From NCBI GenBank assembly GCA_965113315.1, contig OZ220369.1: DNA of 64,000 bases. One strand, given 5' to 3'. The notes under the pieces were generated by a model. It made no database searches, was not told the DNA's origin, and saw only the letters and a program-made list of their open reading frames with translations. The DNA is from Podarcis vaucheri (Eukaryota). Below, in pieces: positions 13,001 to 25,000 of the stretch. How positions within the stretch are numbered: the first letter of the stretch is position 1; the number at the start of each line of letters is the position of its first letter. Both the position numbers and the translations under genes were made by a program.

Positions 13001-16000
13001 GTTATACTAAATGTCACCTGCTGATCAGTTGGAGGGATTGGTTTCAGGCACTTTCCAGGCTTCTTGGGATTTCACAGCCCGTTATAAACCTGCTGACTTC
13101 GTTCTTCACCACACAGCTCTAGTCCCAATATAATATGTGAGGAGACTTTTGGCTTGATTCCATTCTTCATGAAAATCCTCTTGTTTTTCATCCTCATTAC
13201 TGTATGATCTAAACAAGAGGATTTTGTCCTCTGGCCCCATGACCGACCTTGGTAAGCAACTTCATCAAAGGCCTTTTGAAAGTCCAGGTACACTGTGTGC
13301 TGTGGTTGAAAGGTGCTTGAGGCAGGTATACTCTTTGCACAAGCAATGCTGATCATTTCTTGGCAAGGCTTATTCTTCCACATGCTTGTATTGCCAGCCT
13401 CATCATGCTCCCCCAACTTTACCTGGGACAGAGGTTAGGCTTACAGCTCTGCAAGTTCCTCACCCCTTTTTTTCCAAAATTGGTATTACTTTGGCTACCT
13501 TCCAGTCCTCTTGCCACAAGGTTGATTTTCAGTGAGAAGTTACATATTTTGCTAACAATGGTGCATTTCCCATTCTTTTGTTCCTCTTACCACCACCTCC
13601 TCCGCCGCCTCCTCCTTTTCATGGCTTCCTGGCTTTAACCAGGACGCGGCTGGGCACCTTAGATATTTTTGTTTAGCAGAATGACAGGATACAAAAAACA
13701 GTAATAGCAACTGTGATGTGTGTAAATCTGGAATCATGAAGGGCAGGGGAGGCTCTCAAGGGGCTTCACTTGTCCTCGCTGCTCCCAGGGGGAATGTGAG
13801 CCTCTTTACCAGCTGTGTGTCTGGTCTTCTCTTTCAGACAGAAAGAGCAGCAGCTCGGCTGGTGGCACCAGAAGCGGAAGCAGTTACCTGGAGGAGCAAA
13901 TACAGCTTGGCCCTCTCAGAGGTACTGTGGAGGCAAAGGGTTGTGAAGGGCTGGGGTGAGAGAAGGACGCTCCAAGAGTTGCCAGCTTGTCCACTAGTAT
14001 CAGCTCTCCTTGATGCTTGCTTTCAGTAAGGCGTGAGAAGACAGGCGTTCTTCAGAGAGGCAGGTAGGGGCTAGCCTGGTCACTAGGAGGCCATGGAGTT
14101 GCGCTTCAGGGTTGGAAGGGTGCTTGAGCAGCTACTCTTCTGCCTGCCTGTCTGCCTTCCACCACATGGTCATGGTCCTCACAGCACCAGAAGCATTGAG
14201 CTGGGGTTATGTGGTGCATCAGTCAGTCTGACAGAAGGAGGGAGTCAAAATGTCCGGCACTGAGCACATCTGGCTTGCCATGCCTGGACTGCTGGAGTTG
14301 CTCAGTTCCCCACCCTCCCTCCCTCCTCCTGTCTTTGAGCACCAGCCAGGGGGGTTGTCGCTGTGACTGCTCAAGGCATGCACTTGCAGCCAGTGTGGCA
14401 CGGCAGAGGTGTGTACATGCCTGCATTTGGAACTGCCTGCCATTTCCTGCAAAAACAGAGGTGCCAAGTGTGAGTTTTGACTGCTTCCCCAGTCAAGGTT
14501 TCCTTGAAGCTCCCCAACCCTGGGAAGGAGGGAGGGCAAAGGGACAGGCAAGTGCTGGGCTTCTACCAGGAGGTCCAATGGCTGAGAGGATGAGCCCTGT
14601 TTTGTCTTCTGCCTCTGGTGAGGAAATTCTGCTCTAGGTGGGAATGGAGCTGCGGATGGCTGCCTTTTATTCTGTGCCTGTCAGCTGCTGAATTTGCAGG
14701 GAGCAACTTGCCGTCTTTTCTTTCTGGCTTTTGAGAATCCACAGATATGGGGCACCATTGCCTCTTTCCCCCTCTCCCCACAGCATCCCTGGGAGGGTGT
14801 GTGTGTCAGAATCTGTGTGTGTGTGTTTAATTCCCTGCTTTCAGAGGAACACAACTAGCAAATGATGGGATCTTTGACAGAACAAAGGTATTTTTGAGAG
14901 CTCTGTAATAGACACTGTTAATGCGTCCCGTCCCTCATTGTCTGCTGTCTGATCCCATCCCTCTGCCAGACAGTCACTGCGGGATGAGTCACTTCTCATG
15001 TCTGGCAATCAAGGTGAATTTTCAAAAAGCTGCCATTTTGAAATTATGCAGTAGATGCGGTGGGGTGTGGGGGAACAGCAGAGGCAGAGCTTGCAAAGGC
15101 TGAGGGAGACCCCTGCTGTCCTTTTCAGGAACTCCAATCCTCCCACCCCCAGCATTGCCAATGTGCAGGAAAGGACAGGCAAGAGTTGTATTAATTACTA
15201 ACGGCAGCCAAAATGGAGGCAGCTACACACAGGTTCCCATTGCTTTTATGACTCTTGGCCAGGGGTGGGTGAGATGTCTACATCACCTGCTGCATCAAAC
15301 AGGGGCCCTTGCTAGGAAGATTTTTTGCTCCACAGGGCTTCCTGCCACCCTCCACCGCTGTAGCTGGGCCCTGAAAATGTTCTCCAGACACCAGCCAGAA
15401 GCGAGCAAAGAATACCAGAGGCAATGAGGGATTATAGGTGTGTGGTTGTGGTTGTGCTCACAGCCCCTTAAACTTCTCTCTAAATCTTACTGCATTCCTT
15501 CCACCCCCCACCCCCAGTGGCCTGAGTATCAAGCACCCCTTAGTATTGGATTTAGTAATAAACAGCAGTTCTTTGGCCCTTCAGTGCTAAGCTGCCAGCG
15601 CTCTGGGCCAGCCATGGTGGTCCACAGTGTAAGGCAGGAAGGCACTGAGATCTGTGCTCAGGGCTTCTCTGAAATGACACAGCTGACTCCTTTCCTTAGG
15701 AAATGCTACCTGCTCATTTCTCCCGTCCACCTCTTCTCTTGGCACATTATGATGGAGCAAGACTTTCACCACAGGATGAAATCTCATCTGGCTTAATTCT
15801 GTTGTGTAGATGTTTGCCTTGGACTTTCTGGATTCCTTCTCAGTTTTCTTTTGTTAAAAAAAGAAAAATGGGTGCTGTGTTTGGCTGTCTTCCAGTCCCA
15901 TTCACCTTTTGGGTTGATGCCACCTGACCCCAGTGCTCTGTTGCGAAGTGTATGCTTAATTAGATAATTCGTTCTAATTCCTTTTTGAGTTTAATGTCAC

Positions 16001-19000
16001 CTCTTCAAATGCTCCTTCAGTGGAGACCCTTCTGCCATTTCCTTCCTTTTGCATTGTCCTCCTCTAACACTCTGCCTGCCTCTCTGGCAGCTGCCTGACT
16101 TTTGAAGTACAGAAATGACTTCAACATCCACTCTTCTCTTCTTCTTGCTTTGGGTACTTGGGGGTGGCTGCCAATCCAGGGTTCGGGTGGGTGAGAGGGC
16201 CATTCTGTCTTCCTTGGCACAGGCAGCTTGCTCCTCCTTGTGCTGATGCTTCCTGGATTCTTTAAACTTTGCAAGAGCCTCTGAAAGCCTCAGGTCAGGC
16301 TGCAGTCCTGAGACGGGCAGGAAAATGCCTCCTCCAGCCTGTGCAAGGGCTATGGCCAAGGGCCAGAGTGTAGGATTGAGCTTAAGGACAAGTTGCTTCC
16401 CTTCCTTCTTCTCTACTTGCGTACCAAGTCAGCCAACAACTTCATGGTGTGCTGTTCCAAGGCCCATGGGGTGCCCAGAGGATCGTGTGCTTCTCTAGAC
16501 TGCGTGGGAGTTGCTGTACCAGGGCTGGTCTCCCGCTTCCTGCATCAAGCAGTCTTTGGGGTTGGAGACCTCTGAGACTTGTTTTACAGATCTTCCAGTA
16601 ACTGACTTTCTGGAGAGCTGGGAGGGGCCTGAGTGCAGGACAGAGACTCTTTCTGTTCATGTTGCTGAGGGAATTGGAACATGTCTTACAGCCCAAAGGG
16701 CTGGGAACCCCCTTCCCTCCATGCTGTGTGGTGGGCAGCTGGTATCTCTGCACAAATCGGCCCCTGATAGCTACCATCTTGCGGGGGGGGGGGCTGCTCT
16801 CCACCAGCCTCTTGCTGCCCTTCCCCATCTCTGCCCATCAGCCCCTCGGATGGAATAAAATCTGGCCGGCCTTTGTTGTTTTCCTAATTTCCATTTTGTA
16901 TCCTAAAATATGCACTCTGAGTTCCGCTCGACAGACACCCCTAATCTAATCTCCACGTCTGCTTTCTAATTTTCGCAGTCAGGGTAAAACAAATTGGCCG
17001 GCGTTAATTGTCTGCACAGCAGCCCGGAGCTTCGAGCTGTGATTTACGAGCTCAGAGCAAGCGCTCTGCAACACATTTTTCTTAATTTATTTTTAATGAG
17101 TCTCTCAATTAATTTTCTTGGAAACATCTTAATGATGTTGGAGGCGGGTGTTAATGAGGTCTGTGCTCATGCGTCATTTTGCATATTTTGCTGTGCTGAA
17201 CAGTGCTGTGCCTGCCAGGCCCGTTTGTGGAGGAGAGGGGAGGAAGGGGCTTCTCTTTCCCATTTTTGAAGACGCGAGGAGTAGCAAAGGCTCAGGATCC
17301 AAGTCTGTTGTTGAGACCCAGGTTTAAGAGGAGCCTGGCTGCTGGATCAGACCAATGGAGGCCTTCTGTTCTTAATAGTGGCCAGCCAGAGGCCCTGTGA
17401 GGGATGTACACCTGAGGGCAACAGCATCCTGCCTGCCTGGATTCCCCTGTAAGTGTTATTCAGAGGCTTCATACAGCCTCTGACACGGGAAGCACACAAG
17501 GTCCCGGGTGGGATCAGCGCACCATCTAACCAGCCAGCCAGGTGCCCCACACCCTTGTCCTGGGCTTCTCTTTTCATCTGTCTCAGGGGTTGGCAGAGTT
17601 TTGTGGCTTGGGCTGGTTCACAGTCCCGCAGATGCCTCAGTGGGCCAGAGTGTTCATGCACATGCAAGCACTATTTCTGGCGCTCCTTCCAGTGCAGAGG
17701 AGGCGTGCACAGCTTCCCATTGGCTGCAGGAGCTTCCTGCAGCCAATGGGAAGCTGGCCAGCATCACAGAAGGTGGTCCCCACTCTGCTCCGCGCCAGTT
17801 CCGCGCGGTGCATGGGAGCCGACCGAGCGGGCGGCGGGGGTCCGTGGGCCTTAGCTTGCTGACCCCTGATCTATCTCTTTCCACACAATGGTGAACTCCC
17901 CAAGCAGACAGCAGTACACTTTCCTCACCCTTCAGCAAGTTGTGATCCTGTGAGCAGGCCCTTGAAGGCCTTCCTTGTGTGCTTTGGCCCAGAAGCAACA
18001 GATGCCCATGGCAGACGTGAAAGTGCTCCCTGTGCCCCTGTGGTGCCAAGTGGGGCCCACCAAGCCAACAACTCAGGGTGCGACTGCCCAGACCAAACAG
18101 AGCAGCAGCAACCTCTCAGACCAAGGCCAAGTCAGGGGACTCCCTCTTGCCTAGGTTAGACACCACCCCACTTGCCCAATATGCTGGCTAAGTGCCAACA
18201 GGGGAACCCCTTCTAGTAGAAAAGAAGAGGCCCAGATTGGGGTTGACTGGGGATGTGAAGAGCACCCAAGGTCAGGCAATGAGTGAACCACACAGGCTCC
18301 ATCCTCCCAAGAGGGCACACCAGGGAGCGATGGCACAAGCCAGCAGCTGCACACCTGAGGATGAAGTTCACAGGTCTGTGCCTGGCATAGCAAGCACAGG
18401 GCACCTGGCAGTTGCCACCTGATACACCCACGTCTTTCCTTAAGGCTGGTGGTGTGTTAAGAGCTGCCCAGAACTCAGAGGTAATGTGGTCTGTGACCTG
18501 GGGGTGTGGTTCCAATTGAGGGATGCGGTTCTTTGGGGTGGGGAGGGGCGGCCCCCTGCTCCCTCCCCACGCTTTGTTGGCATCTGGGAAGATGTGAGCC
18601 GTTGTTGTTTTCTCACCGCGTGTCAGTCTTCATTAAATCACGAAGGAGCAGAGCAGAGACAGCTTTTGTCCCAGCCAGAACGTGGCAGCTGTTTAATTTC
18701 AATTAACACAGCCTTGAAAAGAATAACATGAAGGCAGCAATTAAAGGGAGGCGGGATTTCCTCGGTGGCTTTTTGCCGTTGCCTGAGTCGCTCCACAGCA
18801 AGGGGGGGTGGGATGTGCCTCCCGCTTGGCGCTACAGGCTCCTCCAGGTGCCTCCTGCTTTCAGCATCCTTCTCCACAAGGTGCAGTGGCAGTGCTCCCA
18901 GGTGACACACCAGCCCCACACAACATGGCCTGTCCTTTACCTTGGACTTGTCCAGCCATACAAAGCATGAGAACCAGGGGAGAAGATGCTTGGGGCTTGG

Positions 19001-22000
19001 AGCCCTCCTTGTGGAAGGACGTGATGAGGAGGATGTTCTGCCTCTTCCTAAGTAGGCTTAGCTACCCATCCCACAGGCTGCAGTTCGGAAAAGCTCAGAG
19101 GATGAAGTAACTCCTGCAGCTCTCGGGCGCACTCTGGACTCAGGATCTGGCCCAGAAATGAGACCTCATGCCTCTTTGGACCCGCTGGGTCTGAAGCAGC
19201 AAGGATTTGCGGTGTGATTCCCAGTGGGCACATATAGCCAGCAACCACTCCTTGCCTTTGGGCATCCCAATCAGCCCAAAGGCGCCGGTTCTTTGACGCT
19301 TGTTCTTTCGTGCGTGGAGGGAGGGGAAAAGGAGGGGAAAGGCTGCTATTGATCGGGTGCTTTAGGAGGGAAAGGGATCTCCTTGGCTGTCTAAACACTA
19401 TTGATCCTCTGCTGGGCCTGCAGCTGGCAAGGAGGAAGGGATTAAAACCTCACTGCCGACAACTTCTTCTTTGGTGGCTGAGCAGAGAGAGCAGGAGGGC
19501 CACAAAAGGGGAGCCAAGGCAGCTTCCTCCTCTGCATCTGGAGTGGCAGAGGAGCAGGGAGGGCCCCGGTGGAAAGTGGTCGGCCTGTCTTGCATCTGGC
19601 AAAGAAGGTTAGTGCTTCCAAGAGCCACAACAGGTCCATTTCCTCTAAAGGCTCTTTGGATTGCATCTGTTTTGGCCACCTCCCTGGCAGACCAAGAGGC
19701 TCCTACCAGGACAGGTGGTCCTCCGACCGCTGAAAGTGGGTGCCTCCATCTGCATTTCTGGCCTTTGCCCAGGAGGTTGCCATCATCCCTGCCTTCTCGG
19801 CCCCTATAGCCTCCTCGCCCTTCCCTCCAGAATGACTGTATTCATTTTGCCCAGGAGTTCATGGCTGACCCAAGCCTCCTCTACCTGTAGGTCATGAGAA
19901 CTGCCCCCAAGAGGCATGTGTGTGGATGCAAGAGTGACTGTGGGCTGTGTGGGCTGGGAGTACCTTCCCTGCTTCCTCATTGATGCTCCCAATTAAGGCG
20001 AGGAAGCTTCCCCATCAAGAGGTCTGTGCTTCTTTCCAGTGGGGTTGCCTCTCACTGACCTTCATCTGAATATTGCACTGAGCTACGCAGTCAGAGTTCC
20101 CAGCACATCAGGAGTGAGGAGGTGGCTCTTCAGAACAGAAACAACATTTTTAAAATGCTAGGTTGAGACCAGCTTGATGGTGTGCTGGGCTAATTTTTTT
20201 TTTTTTAAGGTCTCTGCTTGGCACCAGAAAGACATCAGATGTGGCCCCAGGCAAGCTTCCCTGCAGAGGGCGTTCTGCAAGTGGGCGCCCCTATCTCCTC
20301 TAGCCCCTCCACATCTGAGTCCAATTTCTGTTTGAAGAGGCAGCCCTGCATTGACCTGGAAGGGTGCCAGGTTTGCCCAGTGAAGTAGTCAAGTTCAGGG
20401 CGGAGGCAGGGAGCTCATAGCCCTGCCAAAGACCCAGAGGGAGTGGGAGGAGGCCCTCAGGCCGTTGTGTTCCCTTCCAGGCTGCGGAGCAGAGTGAGGC
20501 ACTGCACAGACTCCAGGAGACCCACAGCGCCCTGCAGCAGCAAATGACCGAACAGGAAGGCCTCATCTGCCAGCTGGAGATCCAAGTCCAGGAGCAGCAG
20601 GAGGACCTGCAGGGAACCAGAGAGCAGGTATAGAGTGCTGGGCCACCTGGACAGTCCCCAACCCCCGTCCCCAGAATGAAGGACTTGGGGGCAGGCAGAA
20701 GCCTGGTAGAGTGGGAGGCAGTGGGAGCCACAGAGCTTGTTTTATTGTCACCCCCTGTGAGCTGCCATCCCACCCCACAGAGCCATGCTGGGGGCTTTAC
20801 CCAAGCCTACGCTCCTTGCCCCAGGCATCTGAATGCAGGCAGGCTGTGCAAGAGTTGGAAATGTAGCAAGCCCAAAAAAATATAAAGACTTATTGGAAAG
20901 CAAAACTCCGAGGTGGATTTCACCAATAGAGGCCAAAGCTCGGAAAACACCCAATATGGAGGCATACTGGCCGAAATATTGGGAAATAATAGAAAACATT
21001 GGAGGTAATTGGAGGTTGCAGAGCTTTGAAAAATTAAAGGATAAGGTGCAAAATTGGCTACACTATGCCCAAATTAATGAGGTTTTTAAGCTAGATAAAA
21101 AAACAGGATTCCAGGTGGAAAAATCGAAACTTGAGACAGAGTTGCTAGAACCAAAGACCAAGTTATTATCGAGAATGTATAACTTGCTGCTTAAATGGAA
21201 CACCCAGGATGAGATAGTTAAATCAGCAATGATAAAATGGGCTCAGGACATTGGTTATAATATCATGTCTGAAGATTGGGAGAGGTTATGGACCACCGGT
21301 ATGAAATTTACTGCATGTAATGCTCTGAAAGAAAATATTATGAAAATGGTATACAGGTGGTACATGACCCCGGTCAAACTGGCTAAGATATACCATTTGT
21401 CCGATAATAAATGTTGGAAATGTAAGGAAGCTGAGGGGACATTCTTTCACCTCTGGTGGACTTGTCCAAGATTGAAGGCCTTCTGGGAAATGATCTATAA
21501 CGAGTTAAAAAAGGTGTTTAAGTACACCTTTCCCAAGAAACCAGAGGCCTTCCTTCTGGGCATTGTCGGCCAGAAGGTGTTAAAAAAGGATAGAACTTTT
21601 TTTATGCATGCTACAACAGCAGCAAGAATTCTTATCGCCAAGCATTGGAAGACCCAAGATTTGCCCACACTGGAGGATTGGCAGACGCAATTGATGAACT
21701 ACATGGAACTAGCCGAGATGACTGCAAGGATCCGAGACCTGGGAGAAGAGGCAATGGAGGAGGACTGGAAAAAATTTAAAGACTATCTGCAAAAGTATTA
21801 TAAGTTGTATGAATCATAAGATGCCGTATGATTTGGAACGTTAGCCCCAGCAACGAAATTTAATTATCTATGAAATTGGACAACATCTATGAAAGAATCA
21901 AAGTTTAAATGGGTAAAAACGACATTATGTTATATTTTTAGAGTAAATGGAGAATAAGAGATTTAAACTTAAATTGCAACTGAAAATATAAAGAAACACA

Positions 22001-25000
22001 CGAAATAAGGGTATAATTTGCTGATAACTTTATTATCAAGAATGCATTATGTGGGAGATGTGGGGAAGTCCAATGGAAATTTGAAATAAGTTCCTGAAAT
22101 GGTCGTGATTTTCTGTTCTTTTTTTCCCTTCTTTTTTCTATTCTGTTCATTCTTTTGTTCTTTCTGTAATTTGGGAAAAATGCAATAAAAATTATTATTA
22201 AAAAAAAGGAAATGTAGCAAGCCCTAGTGGAGGAGGCAGCAGTGGCGTAGCGTGGGGGGTGCAGGGGGGGCCAGCCGCACCGGGCGCAACATCTGGGGGT
22301 TAGGGTTAGGGGGCGCAAATCCACCGGTTAGGGGGCGCAAATCCACGGGTTAGGGGGCGCAAATTACTTGCCTTGCCCCGGGTGCTGACAACCCACGCTA
22401 CGCCACTGGGAGGCAGGCCTAGTGCTAGAGAGCAGAGAACGAAGTGAGCAGGACGAAAGGCTTGGAAAGACCTCCTGGGAGCCCACTGATGGCTTCTGGC
22501 ATTCACACCTTTCTTTTCCTGTCTGAAAACCCTCTTGGCTGGCTGGCCTGCCTGAGGATCCCCTGAGCTAGATGCTCGCTTTCAGGCCATGGCTACCACA
22601 AAAGAGCTGCAGGTGCCCAATTTGTCTTCCAGATCTGGCAGCAAAAGCAGCAAATGGCGAAGCTGGCAAGAGCAGCAGCTGATAGCCAAGCAGCAGAGCA
22701 GCAGGTACCATGTGTCCCTCTCCTGGCCCTAGTCCAAGGTGCTTGAGGGAAGGAGGTTTATCCCAAGAGGACCACGTGCCCTTCTCTTCCCTGCAGTCTC
22801 TGGGCATTTGGGCTCTTTTGATTTCTTTTAAATGCTTCCATCCCTGGGTTCCTCCCAGAGGCTCCCAGTGATAACGATATAATGCTAGAAGCCTCTGAGA
22901 CAAGATGGATAAGTTGGAGCTCTTTGTCTTAGAGGGGAGCATAGATATTGTGCGCAAAACCGAAACCTGGTGGAAGGGAAAGACCCAGAAGGAAACTGTT
23001 GTCTCCAGATACACACTCTAGGAAGGACAAAGATGGCTGTATTCTGGCCTCAGAATCAGTAAATGCTTCTGGATCCCAGTTGCTGGGAATCACAAGTGAG
23101 GAGTGAAGCTAATGTATTCTCGCCCTGCTTGTGGGCTTCCCTTTGGGGGCATCTGGTTGGCCACTGAGGACCAGATGGGGCTGGGCTGGGCAAGGCCATA
23201 TGCTTTTGTATGCTCGGGTGACACAGCTTCAATTCCTGGTGGCATCACTAGGTGGAGCAGGGAGAGATTTCCTGCTGGTTGCTGCCAGTCTGTGTCAGTC
23301 TTGAGCTAGATGGACCATTGACCTTACTTATTACAGTGGTACCTCGGGTTACAAATGCTTCAGGTTACAAACACTTTGGGTTCACTAACCTGGAAGTAGT
23401 TACCTTGGGTTGCGAACTTTGCCCCAGGATGAGAACAGAAATCGCAACGCGGGAGGCCCCATTAGCCAAAGCGCACCTCAGGTTAAGAACGGTTTCAGGT
23501 TAAGAACAGACCTCTGGAACGAATTAAGTTTGTAACCTGAGGTACCACTGTATAAGGTAGCTTTTTTAGTGGGGCTGATCCAGCAGGACCCTTCTGACCT
23601 TATTAGCAAACAATAATAACCCATTAAATAATTTTAAAGCCAGGAAATCAAGAAAAGCAATGCCTGTTAAACAAAAAAAAAAAAAAAAAAAAAAAAAAAG
23701 GCTCAGTAATTCCCAAATACCCTCCAAAACCTTCATCTAAAAACTGATATGGGGTGGGGGGCGGGAACGGCAGGTCTCAAATCCTTTGCCACTGCTACTT
23801 TTTGGAGGAGGGGCAATTCTGAGGTTAACCGAGCAGCAAAGCCTCTTTGCAGGGTTCTTCTGTGCTTACCTTGTTTAAAACGCTGTTGCCATGGCAGGTG
23901 CAGCAGTACAAGGACATTATCCACCAGCTGCAGGAAAATTTGGCAGCCTCTCGGGCTTCCCAGGCTGCCTCTGAGTCCAGAGTCCGCAGCAGGGAGGAGG
24001 AGATCCAAGACCTTCAGCAGAAAGAGTCCTTGGCACGTCACCAGCTGAGGATGCTGCAGAGTGAGGTACAGCCCAGTGTGAATTGGGAGGGGCCAGAGAA
24101 ACCCACCCACTCAGGAGCTAAAGATGTTTTTTTGGCCTGGCCCTTTTTTCCTGGAACCAGGTGGGGCAGCAGAAGGAGCTGCTGAGCACATAGCAGCGCG
24201 TGTCCCACATCCTCCAGGAGGAGCTGCAGACAGACAGACCAGGAGCTAAGTGCCCTGCAGAAGGTTGTACGTGAGCAAGAGGCACACTGGAGGGAGACGG
24301 CTGGGCAATTGAAGCTGCAACGTCCCTGCCAAGTGCTTCGGGGTTGAGGCCTCTGCTCAGCCCTTCTCTCTCTTTCTTGCCAGGCCCAGAGGACCAAGGA
24401 GCAGCTGGCCTCCTTGCAAGAGCAGCTTTCCACCTGCCAGACTCAGGTGAGCCTTCCTCTTCCTCCTCCTGCTCCTCTCTCACTCCAAGCCCAGAGAGAC
24501 TCTGTTCCAAATCCCAGCCCAGCTTGCCCCAGTTTCTTCCTGCTCTAAACTGGGACTTCTGTGTGTTGCGGGACCTCCCCCTGGTGTGCCTCTCTGCGGC
24601 CTCCTTCCCTCCACATCCTCTCACGTGGTGCTTTGCCTGGCCTTGGATGCAGCTGCAGCAGAGCGAAGAGCGGGCGGAGCAGAAGGAGGCTGACTTCCAA
24701 GCAGCACAGTGCGAGCTCTCCCGATGCCAGGAGCGGCTGTCTGACGCCCACGCAGAGCACCAACAACTGGCTCAGAGCATGGCAGCGCTGGTGGAGCAGC
24801 AGGAAGCCTCCAAGCGAGAGGTAGGCTGGCTAGCTGTTGCAGGACTCCCAGGCAAGACTCTTCCTGGCCCAGCAGCCTCCTGCTTCTCTTTCTGCCAGAG
24901 GGAGAAGGTTGTTGCTGCAGCAGCACCCAAGGAAGGTTCCAAGTTCTAGGCATTGTCTCTGGAACCCCCCCCCCCAAGCTGCCAGTTCTTAGTCAGGCCC

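Noticed and set aside
20833-21819. 328-aa ORF as a host gene
   Set aside because: It is the L1 ORF2 C-terminus bounded by a TSD.
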